Positions 9,195 through 19,634 of a DNA stretch of 26,056 nt are shown here, in pieces; within the stretch, counting starts at the first letter, position 1; every line of letters begins with the position of its first letter. Source of the DNA: Tubiluchus corallicola (Eukaryota > Animalia > Priapulida). Where the stretch lies: contig JAQGDQ010002468.1 in NCBI GenBank assembly GCA_030141605.1, positions 1 to 26,056 of the forward strand, read 5' to 3'. Made by a program: the position numbers and the translations under genes. The notes under the pieces are model-generated. The model did no database searches. It saw only the letters and a program-made list of their open reading frames with translations, and had not been told where the DNA came from.

Positions 9195-12100
9195 CTATAT
9201 TTCTATCTTATAATGTGTCTTTGGTTGATATTTTTTTAATTTTTCTAACAACTCACTGGTTACACCTACCCTTGAGTACTTTCTTGAAAATCCATTTAGT
9301 TTAATATTTTTATCTGGAGAGAATACTACCCATTTAAGCTCTGTACTTCCTTGTTTTTCTTGAAATGATTTATCAAAAAATTTAATTAAATCTTCATCCA
9401 AGTATGCAAGATTTACCATGATAGATAATGATTTTATACGGCTTAACATGTTTGATAACCTGTCAACCTGTGTTATTTGCGGTTCTACTCTTCTATTATC
9501 CTTCCATGTGTTTAATACAAATTTTCCTTTAATAAAAAGGATATCATTTAGTATCATCATTTCTTTAAAATTATTGTAATTGTTTCCAAATAAAGAAAAT
9601 TGATACAGTCCTCTTTTATCTTCTATTTGCACTAAAGCGTACTGTTTGCCATTTTTACTATGCTTATGTTGCACGCCAGTAATTATCCCTGCAATAGAAA
9701 AGCTTTTATGCACCTGTGTCTCCGTTACATTTTTCAAATGGCTAGTGTCATTTTTACAAAAAAGAGAAATTTCCATTTTGAACTCATCTAGTGGATGCCC
9801 TGACAAATAAAACCCCACTACTTCTTTTTCTAGCTTCAACTTTTCCATTAGTGTAAAATGCTCAACATTAGGAGCTTCTGGTAACATATCTAGCGATTCT
9901 TCTTCCTTACTCCCAAATAATTGGTGCTGTTCTGCTATTTCACCTTGCTTTTTATTTCCATACTTTATGGCTGTCTCCACCAGTGCATAAGCTTGTTTAT
10001 CTGAGTACAAATACTGTTTTCTATGAAAGCCCTCGAAACAATCAAACGCTCCAGCCATTGCTAAAACTTCAAAAGAACGTTTGTTTACCGTTCTCAAATT
10101 AACTCTTTTAGCAAAATCAAATATATTTTTATATTTTCCGTTTGCATTTCTCTCTGCTATCACATTTTGTATAGCAGCATCTCCTGTTCCTTTAATAGCT
10201 TTCAAGCCAAACCTTATCTCCTTTTGATTATCTACAGTAAATTCTACATCTGATTCATTAACGTTCGGATTAGAAACCCTCAAACCCATAGCCTGGCACT
10301 CTTCCATAAAAAACGTAACTTTTTCTATCTGCGATTGATTGTGAGTAAGCACAGATGCCATATACTCCGCTGGATAATTCGCCTTAAGGTAAGCAGTTTG
10401 ATAAGCAATAATGGCATAGCAGACAGAGTGTGATTTATTGAAAGCATAAGATGCAAAATCTTCCCAATCGATCCATATTTTTTCTGAAACCTTTAAGTTA
10501 TAGCGATTATTTTTACAACCTTCTACAAACTTCGGTTTTAACTTTTCTAGCAACTCTTTATTCTTTTTTCCCATGGCTTTACGTAATACGTCAGCTTCAC
10601 CCTTAGTAAAATTTGCTAATTTTTGAGCCAACAACATTACTTGCTCCTGATATACGGTAATTCCATATGTTTCTCCCAATATCTCCTCCATGTCATCCAA
10701 TTCATAAGAGACAGGTTCAACACCATTCTTTCGATTGATAAAGCTTGGGATATGCTTCAATGGACCAGGGCGATAAAGGGCATTCATGGCTACCAAGTCT
10801 TCTATTTTGTTTGGCTTTAAATCTTTAAGGTATTTTTGCATACCAGAAGACTCAAACTGAAAAATTCCGTTGGTTTCTCCCCGTTGGAATAGTTCAAAAG
10901 TCCTTTTATCATCCAAAGGAATGCTATCTACATCCAATGCAATATTTTGAGTTGTTTTTATATTATTTATGGCTGTTTTTATAATTGTTAAGGTCTTTAA
11001 GCCCAAAAAGTCCATCTTTAAAAGCCCAGCACTCTCCATGACACTATTGTCAAACTGTGTCACATTCAAATCCGAATCTTTTGCAACACTTATAGGCACA
11101 TAATCAGTTATTGTTCTGGGTGTAATAACCACTCCACAGGCATGTACTCCCACATTACGAATAACTCCTTCAATAGCTTGAGCCTTACGTAATACTTCTG
11201 CTCCTTTGGAGTCCTCTTCTTGCAATATTTGTCTTAATTCAGGAGTCTCTTTAAGTGCTGTTTCAAAAGAAATTCCTGGTTTAAATGGCACAAGCTTTGC
11301 AATCCTATCAGCCTCGCTCAAAGGAACTTCCATTACTCTTGCACAGTCTCTTATTGCTCCACGGGGTGCCATGGTACCATATGTAGTAATTTGCGCTATT
11401 TTATCCTCTCCATACTTCTCTACTACATAGTCTATTACCTTTTGCCTTCCTTCATCATCAAAATCAATATCAATATCTGGTAGGGATATTCTATCTGGAT
11501 TAAGAAAGCGCTCAAATAGTAAGTTATATTTTAACGGATCTACATTAGTAATACTGATGCAATAGGCTACTAATGAACCAGCAGCAGAGCCTCTTCCATT
11601 TCCTACTAAAACGCCCATTTCTCTTGCTTTGGCAATAAAATCTTGGACAATTAAAAAATAGCCTGGGTATCCTGTATTCTCTATGATTTTAAGCTCAAAA
11701 TCAAGCCTCTCTTTTATTTTTTCATCAATGCTGTTATTATATCGCTTTTTTACTCCTTCATATGCTAAATATCTTAAATATTCATTTTCATTTTTGTGCT
11801 CGACTGGGATAGAAAATTTTGGAAGCAAAACTTCGCTTGTTAACTTATATGTCTCAACTTTATTCAATAGTTCTGATATGTTGCTGATAGCATGTGGAAT
11901 ATCTTTAAATAGCTCTCCCATTTCTTCTGAAGTTTTAAAGTAATACTCCTCATTTGGAAAACCATATCTACATCCTCTGCCAATGCCAATAGGGGTAGAT
12001 AGCACCTCCGCTTCTTTGATACATAATAATGTGTCGTGATGTTTTGCATCCTCTTTATCAAGATAAAACACATCATTAGAGGCTATAATTTTTACATTAT

Positions 12101-13406
12101 ATTTTCCTGCGAAATTGAGTAAAACTTCATTTATCCTTTCTTCTTCTTCAAGTCCATGGCGAATAATTTCTAAATAAAAGTCTTCTCCAAATACATCAAG
12201 CCACCATTTTAGAGCCTCTTCCGCTTTGTGTTCGCCTTGATTCAAAATTATATTCGGTATTTCTCCATATGTATTCCCAGAAAAGGCTATCAAATTGTCT
12301 GAATATTTTTTTATAAGCTCTTTATCTATACGAGGATAAAGCCCATAAAGCCCTTCTGTGTACCCCAAAGAGCTTAATTTTGATAGGTTCATGTACCCAT
12401 TCTTATTTTTCGCTAAAAGCAACTGTTGAAACTTTCTATCAGGTGCGTCTTTAGTAAATTTGGTTTTTTTTCGCTCTTCAGCTACATAAAACTCACAACC
12501 TACTATTGGCTTTATTTTTGCAGACAATGCTTCCTCTACAAATAAAAATGCTCCCATCATATTGCCCAAATCGGTGATTGCCACCGCTGGCATTTTTAAT
12601 GATTTTGCTTTCTCTACTAACTTTTTTATTTTTACTGTAGACTGCAAAATAGAGTATTGCGTATGTACGTGTAGGTGAGCAAAATCACTTTTAGAGACTA
12701 CATTTGAGCCATTACCTTTTCTTACAATAGGAGTTTTTTGAGCATTATTATTTGTTTGATTTGAAATGTTTGTAGCAACTAATGATGGGGAAGTGTATGA
12801 AATTTCATTAATGGGGGTAGCGTCATTGGGGGGGATTATTTTTTTATCTATCAACCCAAAAAAGCATTTTGCTGTAGCTTCTGTGTCAAAAGAAGCATCA
12901 TGAGCTTCATCAAACTTTTCACCAAATAACTTCACATATAACTCTATGAGTGTAGGCCATTTGTATTGTCCTTTCTTGCCTCCTGATAGTGCACAAAAAT
13001 CAGTAGACACCAACTTAGTGTCTAATTTTTTTTTGTCAAATAACGTTGACTCTAAGGACATGCGAATAAGCTCTGCTCCTACTACATTTAAATCAAAGTC
13101 AATATTGTGCCCTATTACCAACTCTGTTTGTTGAAGATCTTTTAAAAAATATGAAAGGACCTCTGTTAGTTCTTTGCCCTCTTGCAGTGCTCGATTTGTG
13201 GAAATTCCATGTATTTTTTCCGAATTATAGGGGATTGTAAAACCATCAGGTTTAACAATAAAATTTTGAACACTGAGCAAATCACCCTTGTGATTATGTA
13301 ACTGCCATGCTAATTGCACTAAACGTGGCCAGTTATCTACATCAGAACAAGGAGCATTATAATTCCTAGGCAATCCTGTTGTCTCTGTGTCAAATATTAA
13401 ATACAT
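9195..13406 (-). CDS. dnaE: DNA polymerase III alpha subunit with N-terminal DEDDh 3'-5' exonuclease domain
   Basis: Exo motifs DTETTG, GHNIDFD and HDASFD; PHP HLHVHTQYS; GRGSAAGS, FERFLNPDR, PDIDIDF, KMDFLGL, YAFNKSH; C-terminal OB fold. 1403 aa with no intein-sized insert. Confidence 0.97.
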   Translation of the reverse strand: MYLIFDTETTGLPRNYNAPCSDVDNWPRLVQLAWQLHNHKGDLLSVQNFIVKPDGFTIPYNSEKIHGISTNRALQEGKELTEVLSYFLKDLQQTELVIGHNIDFDLNVVGAELIRMSLESTLFDKKKLDTKLVSTDFCALSGGKKGQYKWPTLIELYVKLFGEKFDEAHDASFDTEATAKCFFGLIDKKIIPPNDATPINEISYTSPSLVATNISNQTNNNAQKTPIVRKGNGSNVVSKSDFAHLHVHTQYSILQSTVKIKKLVEKAKSLKMPAVAITDLGNMMGAFLFVEEALSAKIKPIVGCEFYVAEERKKTKFTKDAPDRKFQQLLLAKNKNGYMNLSKLSSLGYTEGLYGLYPRIDKELIKKYSDNLIAFSGNTYGEIPNIILNQGEHKAEEALKWWLDVFGEDFYLEIIRHGLEEEERINEVLLNFAGKYNVKIIASNDVFYLDKEDAKHHDTLLCIKEAEVLSTPIGIGRGCRYGFPNEEYYFKTSEEMGELFKDIPHAISNISELLNKVETYKLTSEVLLPKFSIPVEHKNENEYLRYLAYEGVKKRYNNSIDEKIKERLDFELKIIENTGYPGYFLIVQDFIAKAREMGVLVGNGRGSAAGSLVAYCISITNVDPLKYNLLFERFLNPDRISLPDIDIDFDDEGRQKVIDYVVEKYGEDKIAQITTYGTMAPRGAIRDCARVMEVPLSEADRIAKLVPFKPGISFETALKETPELRQILQEEDSKGAEVLRKAQAIEGVIRNVGVHACGVVITPRTITDYVPISVAKDSDLNVTQFDNSVMESAGLLKMDFLGLKTLTIIKTAINNIKTTQNIALDVDSIPLDDKRTFELFQRGETNGIFQFESSGMQKYLKDLKPNKIEDLVAMNALYRPGPLKHIPSFINRKNGVEPVSYELDDMEEILGETYGITVYQEQVMLLAQKLANFTKGEADVLRKAMGKKNKELLEKLKPKFVEGCKNNRYNLKVSEKIWIDWEDFASYAFNKSHSVCYAIIAYQTAYLKANYPAEYMASVLTHNQSQIEKVTFFMEECQAMGLRVSNPNVNESDVEFTVDNQKEIRFGLKAIKGTGDAAIQNVIAERNANGKYKNIFDFAKRVNLRTVNKRSFEVLAMAGAFDCFEGFHRKQYLYSDKQAYALVETAIKYGNKKQGEIAEQHQLFGSKEEESLDMLPEAPNVEHFTLMEKLKLEKEVVGFYLSGHPLDEFKMEISLFCKNDTSHLKNVTETQVHKSFSIAGIITGVQHKHSKNGKQYALVQIEDKRGLYQFSLFGNNYNNFKEMMILNDILFIKGKFVLNTWKDNRRVEPQITQVDRLSNMLSRIKSLSIMVNLAYLDEDLIKFFDKSFQEKQGSTELKWVVFSPDKNIKLNGFSRKYSRVGVTSELLEKLKKYQPKTHYKIEI

Positions 13407-13503
13407 GGGTTTTAATGGTTAAAGTATTTTAGTGATTTCATTCCAAACAACACATAGAATTAGCTATTGGATGTTGTAAGAATGTTCACAGTAAACCTTC
13501 TCA

Positions 13504-13534
13504 CAAAAATAAAAATTCTTGCTATAAAACCAAA
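13504..13534 (-). promoter_or_regulatory. Bacteroidota housekeeping promoter for dnaE
   Basis: Minus strand reads TTTG-N19-TATTTTTG, a full match to the -33/-7 consensus. Confidence 0.6.
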
Positions 13535-13556
13535 TTTAACCTATTAATAGGCTAAA
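13535..13556 (-). terminator. Possible terminator hairpin after dnaJ
   Basis: Minus strand UUUAGCCUA-UUAA-UAGGUUAAA followed by UUUGGUUUU. The stem is weak and AU-rich. Confidence 0.3.
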
Positions 13557-13593
13557 AAGCAGAATATATAGCGGAATACTTAAAAAGTTTCTT

Positions 13594-14718
13594 TTAAGCA
13601 AAAAAACCTTTCCATTTCGAAAAAAAGGTTTTTTGCCCTTGGCTATCAGGGTTAGGTTGAAAGTTGGAGGAGTTTTTTAGCTCTTCTAACATTTCTTTTT
13701 CTTTTTTGCTAACCTTGGGAGGCGTCCATACATTTGTATAAATTAACTGGCTGCCTATATATCCTGTTTGAAGATTTTTGATGCCTTTATTTTTAAGACG
13801 TAATATTTTTCCACTTTGTGTTCCTGGCTGAAGGTTTATTTTTACCTTTCCATTTAAAGTAGGTACTTCTACTTCACCTCCTAATGTGGCATCGACAAAG
13901 TTTACAAGTAACTCATAAACTACATCATTTCCATCCCGTTTAAACAAAGGGTGCTCTTTTTCCTCTATAAGGATAAGCAGATCGCCGCATCCGCCTCCAA
14001 ATGGAGCATAATTTCCTTTATCTGCCATAGAGAGCTGCATTCCTTCTTCTACGCCTGCGGGGATTTTTGCATTTATTACCTCTTTTTTGCTTATTAATCC
14101 AGAGCTATCTACCCCTGGTGGTCGCTTGTCTACTACTTTTCCTGTGCCACTACACAAACCGCATGGGGAAGTTGTTGCTACTGTTCCCAAAATGGTATTA
14201 GATACCCTTCTTACTTGTCCTGACCCTTGGCATTTTGTGCAAGATTTGTAAGTAACGCCTTCAGCTGGTACAAGCCTATTTATCTTCAACTTTTTTTCTA
14301 CACCTTTAGCTACTTCTTCTAATGAAAGTTTGATTTTAATTCTTAAATCGGATCCTTTGTAATGTGTCCTATGGCGCTGTTGTTGCCCTCCTCCAAAAAA
14401 GAAATCTCCAAAAGGATGTCGTCCACCAAAAATATCTCCAAAATTAGAAAATATATCGTTTATATCGCTAAATCCTCCTCCCCCCATGTTTGCTTTAGTG
14501 CCTGCGTGTCCAAACTGATCATATTGCCTTCGTTTGTTATCATTACTCAACACTTCATAGGCTTCTGCTGATTCCTTAAATTTTTCTTCAGCAGCTTCAT
14601 TGCCAGGGTTTTTGTCAGGGTGATATTTTAAAGCAACTTTCCTGTATGCTTTTTTTATTTCATCAGCAGTTGCGGAGCGCTTTACTCCCAATATTTCATA
14701 ATAATCTCTTTTTGCCAT
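13594..14718 (-). CDS. dnaJ: Chaperone DnaJ
   Basis: J domain with HPD (KYHPDKNPG), G/F-rich region with DIF repeats, two CxxCxGxG motifs and the C-terminal domain. Start overlaps the grpE stop (TAATG). Confidence 0.97.
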   Translation of the reverse strand: MAKRDYYEILGVKRSATADEIKKAYRKVALKYHPDKNPGNEAAEEKFKESAEAYEVLSNDNKRRQYDQFGHAGTKANMGGGGFSDINDIFSNFGDIFGGRHPFGDFFFGGGQQQRHRTHYKGSDLRIKIKLSLEEVAKGVEKKLKINRLVPAEGVTYKSCTKCQGSGQVRRVSNTILGTVATTSPCGLCSGTGKVVDKRPPGVDSSGLISKKEVINAKIPAGVEEGMQLSMADKGNYAPFGGGCGDLLILIEEKEHPLFKRDGNDVVYELLVNFVDATLGGEVEVPTLNGKVKINLQPGTQSGKILRLKNKGIKNLQTGYIGSQLIYTNVWTPPKVSKKEKEMLEELKNSSNFQPNPDSQGQKTFFSKWKGFFA

Positions 14719-15281
14719 TATTTCTTTTGTCCTATAACTACTTTTGCAAACCGTATAACCTTGTCATTGAGAAAGTACCCTTTTTCTACTATATCTATAA
14801 TTTTTCCTACCAAATCTTCGTCATCTACAGGAAATTGGGAAACTGCTTCATGAAAATCTGCATTAAAGCTATCCCCTTTTTTTGTTCCCATTAGCTTTAG
14901 TCCATTTTTTTGAGTTATATTGGCAAACTTCTTGTGTATCAATTCGAAACCCTCTAACAAGGGTTCTATATTCTCGATTTCTTGTTTAGATTTTTGAGCC
15001 CTCTCGAAATCGTCTATTACAGGTATTAAATCTTGCATTAACATTTCGGTTGCTGTTCCTATTAGTTTTAAATTCTCCTTGGCTACCCTTCTTTTATAAT
15101 TATCAAATTCAGAGTATAGCCTTAAGTATTTATCTTTTAACTCATTAACCTCTGCCTTAATTTCTTCTTTTGCACATTGTTTCTTTTTCACTTTTTCTTT
15201 TTTCTCCACGCTTTCTTTATTGTCTTGTTTGTCCAAAAGTGTTTTATCTTCATTTTTTTTATGAAATTCTTTTTCTTTCAT
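14718..15281 (-). CDS. grpE: Nucleotide exchange factor GrpE
   Basis: [30 protein letters not shown] and [18 protein letters not shown]. Confidence 0.97.
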   Translation of the reverse strand: MKEKEFHKKNEDKTLLDKQDNKESVEKKEKVKKKQCAKEEIKAEVNELKDKYLRLYSEFDNYKRRVAKENLKLIGTATEMLMQDLIPVIDDFERAQKSKQEIENIEPLLEGFELIHKKFANITQKNGLKLMGTKKGDSFNADFHEAVSQFPVDDEDLVGKIIDIVEKGYFLNDKVIRFAKVVIGQKK

Positions 15282-15322
15282 ATTTTTTCTTTTTAGTTGA
15301 AATACTGTTTTACTTATTTACT

Positions 15323-15397
15323 ACAATTTTTTTGCCATAACGACATTTTTAATTTAATAGGACATAATTGCAGATTATATTGTCAAACAAGTGACAA
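15323..15397 (-). promoter_or_regulatory. Sigma54-like -24/-12 element and upstream TTGTCA-N6-TGACAA palindrome before grpE-dnaJ
   Basis: Minus strand TGGCA-AAAAAA-TTGT at 15337-15323 (consensus TGGCAC-N5-TTGC). Palindrome at 15380-15397; additional GACA half-sites at 15342 and 15361. Confidence 0.4.
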
Positions 15398-15434
15398 AAT
15401 TACTCATTTTATTCAAATAATAATAACTTTATGA

Positions 15435-15779
15435 CTAAAAAACATCTATAAAGTGTTTTAGTTGGGGAAATTTTTGCCCTGTAATGGAGATGACGTCAAA
15501 CCGAATGTTTTTGTTCCAATTTAGCTGCCGTATGTATTCTTCAGCAACTTGATAAATATTTTCTGCTTTTCGCTTATCTACAGCATCTTCGGGGAACCCA
15601 TATTTATTGTTTTTTCTTGATTTAACTTCCACAAATACTAACGTATCATGTTGGGTAGCAATAATATCTATCTCTTTCCTGTCAAACACATAATTTTGCT
15701 CTAAAATTATGTAATTTCTTTTTACTAAAAAATCACTAGCTAGTGCTTCTCCCTTATTGCCAAATTTTTTCTTATCCAC
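15435..15779 (-). CDS. yraN: YraN family (UPF0102) putative endonuclease
   Basis: GNKGEALA, EIDIIA, LVFVEVKSR and IRFDVISI; GTG start. Confidence 0.92.
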   Translation of the reverse strand: MDKKKFGNKGEALASDFLVKRNYIILEQNYVFDRKEIDIIATQHDTLVFVEVKSRKNNKYGFPEDAVDKRKAENIYQVAEEYIRQLNWNKNIRFDVISITGQKFPQLKHFIDVF

Positions 15780-15802
15780 TTTTTTTAGTATTTTAAACGC
15801 AG

Positions 15803-16513
15803 TTATGCTACTTCCATTTCAAACATGTTGGATAGATGTTTTTTTATCTTTTGCTCTACTTCCTTTTGCTCTATCTTTCTTTTAAGTTGCACCTGCATTG
15901 AGGTAACAGATTTGTCAGAAATACCACAAGGAATAATGTATTGAAAGTAGTCTAAATTTGTGTTTATATTCAAGGCAAACCCATGCATAGTTACCCAACG
16001 GCTTGTCTTCACTCCTATAGCACAAATCTTTTTAGGACCTTCCTTTTTGTTGTCAACCCAAACTCCCGTCAAACCTTTAATAGTGTTTGCTACAATACCA
16101 TATTCTTTTAGTGCGCCAATAATTGATAACTCCAATATTCTGACGTACTTATGCAAATCGGTGAAAAAATTATCTAAGTCTAAAATTGGATACCCAACAA
16201 GCTGCCCTGGTCCATGATAAGTAATATCTCCTCCCCTATCTGTGTTAAAAAAAGATATCTTATTGCGCTTCATTTCTTCAGAGTTTATTAACAAGTGTTT
16301 CTTATTTCCATTTCTACCCAATGTGTATACATGATTATGCTCGCAAAATAACACGTAATTGTTTGTTTTTTTGTGTCTTTGGGTGGGAGGGAATTTACGA
16401 TTATCAAGCTTTGTTTTCACAATACCATCTAATAATTTTTTTTGATATTCCCAAGCGTCTTTAAAATCAATTAACCCCAAATGTTCAAAATGTACTACCC
16501 TGTTTATGTTCAT
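15803..16513 (-). CDS. lipB: Lipoyl(octanoyl) transferase
   Basis: CEHNHVYTLG, RGGDITYHGPGQLVGYPI, KICAIG, TMHGFALN and IIPCGI. Confidence 0.96.
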   Translation of the reverse strand: MNINRVVHFEHLGLIDFKDAWEYQKKLLDGIVKTKLDNRKFPPTQRHKKTNNYVLFCEHNHVYTLGRNGNKKHLLINSEEMKRNKISFFNTDRGGDITYHGPGQLVGYPILDLDNFFTDLHKYVRILELSIIGALKEYGIVANTIKGLTGVWVDNKKEGPKKICAIGVKTSRWVTMHGFALNINTNLDYFQYIIPCGISDKSVTSMQVQLKRKIEQKEVEQKIKKHLSNMFEMEVA

Positions 16514-16525
16514 CTCTTTACGATA

Positions 16526-17505
16526 TTAAGGAATGTATACCTCTAGGATTTTCGTTGTTTCAGTGCTTAACAACGTTATTGATTTGAAACACGCAGAAAT
16601 AAGTATCACTTCTCCTTTTTGCAGTTGAGTGTCACTGCAACCCTCTATTTTTAGTGTACACTTTCCTTCCACACAGACCAATGCAACAAAGGAGTCTAAC
16701 AAATAATAGTCTCTTATTATTTGCCTGTCAAAAAATATTCTATTTGTTTCAAAGTATTGGCACTTAACTACTTTTTCTATATTATTTCTTTTTTCTTTTA
16801 ATGCTATTTTAGAACTTTTACAATGCTGAAAATCAATAGCATCAATGCTTTCCTCAACATGCAGCTGTCTTTTATTTCCATTACCATCTACCCTATCAAA
16901 ATCATAGATCCTATATGTAATATTGGAGGCTTGTTGAATTTCAGCAAGCATAACACCTTTGCCTATTGCATGAACGCATCCCGCAGGAACAAAAAATGCA
17001 TCATTTGCTTTTGTCTTTTCATAATTAAGAATTTTCGACAGTGAGTTATGTTGAAGTGCCTGTATGTAGTCATTTTTTGTTACGGATTTATTAAATCCTA
17101 CTGCCAATCGTGCATTTTCATCTGCTTGCATAACATACCACATTTCTGTTTTTCCAAAGGAGTCATGTCGCTTATAAGCTAATTTGTCATCTGGATGCAC
17201 TTGTATGGATAAATCATCACGGGTATCTATGAATTTGACTAATAAAGGAAAGGTATTCCCAAACTGTTGATATACTTTTCCTCCTAATATCTTATCTTTA
17301 AAAAGGCTGATTACTTCATTTAGTTTTTTGCCTTGAAGCTCCCCTTCTAAAACAGTAGATATATTGTTTTTTCTCCTGATAGTTCCCAAGTTTCTCCGCA
17401 ATTCTGTAAAGGGGAAAAATCCTTATTTAAAAGAGTTTTCACCTTGTCCCCTCCCCAAATTCTCTCTTTAAATATACTTTTAAACTTTAAAGGATATAAG
17501 TTCAT
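16526..17505 (-). CDS. manA: Mannose-6-phosphate isomerase, type I; frameshift near 17367-17372
   Basis: True N-terminus from ATG 17505, MNLYPLKFKSIFKERIWGGDK...GETWELSG, is out of frame with FPLLVKFID...LSIQVHPDD...GKTEMWY...HAIG...EIQQASNITYRIYDFDR. One extra A in the A6 run rejoins them. Confidence 0.93.
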
Positions 17506-17596
17506 TTAATTATGCAAACAGCCTTGTTAATAGAAATTTTAAAATGCAAGTTATAAAAATATTAGGGATTTTTAAAAAATGATTGCTAATAGTGTT

Positions 17597-18601
17597 TCAA
17601 TGAAACTTAACATATTTTTTCCACTTTTGTAAAGCTTGATCAAAGTCATCAGGTAGTTGAGATTCAAAAAACATTTTTTGTTTAGTAATAGGGTGTAAAA
17701 AGCCCAATGTTTTAGCATGCAGTGCTTGCCTTGGAATAATTTTAAAACAATTTTCTACAAAGGTTTTATATTTTGAAAACACTGTGCCTTTTAATATTCT
17801 ATTCCCTCCATACACTTCATCATTAAAAATAGGATGTTTTAAATGTTTAAAGTGTGCTCTTATTTGGTGGGTTCTTCCCGTTTCTAAATTACACTTTACC
17901 AAAGAGATATACTTTATTTCTTTTAGCACCTCATAGTGCGTAATTGCTGTCTTTCCTACTGTTGCATCATCAACGGCTAATATTATTCGTCTATCTTTAG
18001 GATGTCGCATTAAATTTGCTGTAATTACTCCTTGTTTTTTTTCAATTTCCCCCCACACTAAGGCATAGTAGGTCCGTTGCACGGTATGTTCAACAAACTG
18101 CTGAGCAAGTCCATATATTGTATCTTCATCTTTTGCTATAACCAAAAGCCCTGATGTGTTTTTGTCTAGCCTATGCACCAACCCTGGTCGTCCTTTGTTA
18201 CCTTCAAGCTCAGGTAAAGTACTAAAATGGTAGAGCAAAGCGTTAACCAAAGTACCTGTCCAGTTTTCATAAGCCGGGTGCACCACCATTCCTGCAGGTT
18301 TGTTGACTACCAACAAATGTTCATCTTCATATACGATGTCAAGAGGAATATTTTCTGCAACAATCTCTTGATTTCTAGGAGGGTTGGGCAACATTACCCT
18401 TATATCGTCATTTGGCTTTACCTTGTAGTTAGATTTGACAGGGGCACCATTTACCAATATAAAATTAACCTCAATGGCTTTTTGTATTTTATTGCGTGAA
18501 GTATTTGGTACTCTATCCAACAAAAACTTATCAATCCTCAAAGGTTGTTGCTTTGGATCGGTAATTATTTTATAGCGCTCAAAGAGTTCATCTTTTTCCA
18601 T
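17597..18601 (-). CDS. rluD: RluA-family 23S rRNA pseudouridine synthase with S4 domain (RluD-like)
   Basis: N-terminal S4 domain (RIDKFL...SRNKIQ), VNKPAGMVVHP, RPGLVHRLDKNTSG, LETGRTHQIR and RQALHA. Confidence 0.88.
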   Translation of the reverse strand: MEKDELFERYKIITDPKQQPLRIDKFLLDRVPNTSRNKIQKAIEVNFILVNGAPVKSNYKVKPNDDIRVMLPNPPRNQEIVAENIPLDIVYEDEHLLVVNKPAGMVVHPAYENWTGTLVNALLYHFSTLPELEGNKGRPGLVHRLDKNTSGLLVIAKDEDTIYGLAQQFVEHTVQRTYYALVWGEIEKKQGVITANLMRHPKDRRIILAVDDATVGKTAITHYEVLKEIKYISLVKCNLETGRTHQIRAHFKHLKHPIFNDEVYGGNRILKGTVFSKYKTFVENCFKIIPRQALHAKTLGFLHPITKQKMFFESQLPDDFDQALQKWKKYVKFH

Positions 18602-18619
18602 TAGAAAAATATGTCATGT

Positions 18620-19501
18620 TTACAAATACTTTTTTAAAACGCTTTCTACTCCTGATAAGTATGATGTACCAAATAAATTTACATGTACCATATAAGGATA
18701 GATATTGTGTATGCCTACACGTTCATTAAAGTTTTTTTCTGTTGGGTAAACGCTTTGATATTCATTATAAAATATTGAGGGAAATCCTCCAAACATTTGA
18801 GTAAAAGAGAGTTCCATTTCTCTATTCCCATAATAAATAGCTGGGTCAATTAAGCATACTTTTCCATTATTACCACATATTACATTGCCGCTCCACAAGT
18901 CGCCATGTAATAAAGAGGGGTTTTCATTGGGCAGCAAATTTTCCAATTTATTATAAAATGTTCTGTATTTTTTGGTAAAGACACTGTCTACAAGCCTACT
19001 ATCAGCAGCTAATTTTAACTGTGGCTCTAATCTCTGATTAACAAAAAAATCTACCCAATCATTATGAAAGTGATTATATTGTGGCAGGCTGCCAATATAA
19101 TTATCATACTCTAATCCAAATTGTTTGTTTTTGCATTTTTTATGCAAATTTGCCAATGATCTTCCAAAATCTTTCCAATAATCACTTACTTGTGGCTGAG
19201 GGTTTATAAACTCCATCAATAAAAAAGCTTTGCTATCTATTACTCCAGATTTATATGTTTTTGGAATACTTAATTCGCCTGCCTTCCGAAGCAATGCTAA
19301 ACCCTTTTCTTCTGTTTGAAACATCTGATAGTATAATTCACTATCCTGCCATTTCAAGAAATAGCATCCCTCCTCTGTTGTTAGTTTAACGGCATTATTA
19401 ATGCATCCACCAGATACAGAGTCTATTTTTTTGATGTTAACACTCTCTTTTTGGTCAAAAGCATCATTTAAAACCTGGTTGAAAAAAGAATTAGTACCCA
19501 T
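18620..19501 (-). CDS. Fructosamine/ketosamine-3-kinase family protein
   Basis: GGCIN, YFLK, NYIGSLPQ, LLHGDLWSGN, IDPA and MFGGF motifs. Confidence 0.92.
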   Translation of the reverse strand: MGTNSFFNQVLNDAFDQKESVNIKKIDSVSGGCINNAVKLTTEEGCYFLKWQDSELYYQMFQTEEKGLALLRKAGELSIPKTYKSGVIDSKAFLLMEFINPQPQVSDYWKDFGRSLANLHKKCKNKQFGLEYDNYIGSLPQYNHFHNDWVDFFVNQRLEPQLKLAADSRLVDSVFTKKYRTFYNKLENLLPNENPSLLHGDLWSGNVICGNNGKVCLIDPAIYYGNREMELSFTQMFGGFPSIFYNEYQSVYPTEKNFNERVGIHNIYPYMVHVNLFGTSYLSGVESVLKKYL

Positions 19502-19634
19502 GGATTTGATTTTTAAAATATTGTATTTTACAAAAAAAGGAAACTATAAACAAAATAGTCCCCCTTTACAATTTTTTATATTGAATAAAAATCGTATCAC
19601 TAAACCACTCTGCTCTTCAAACGTATCTATTGAG

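Noticed and set aside
9195-13406. Intein in the long dnaE
   Set aside because: The extra length is explained by the N-terminal exonuclease; no intein splice motifs or LAGLIDADG insert were seen.
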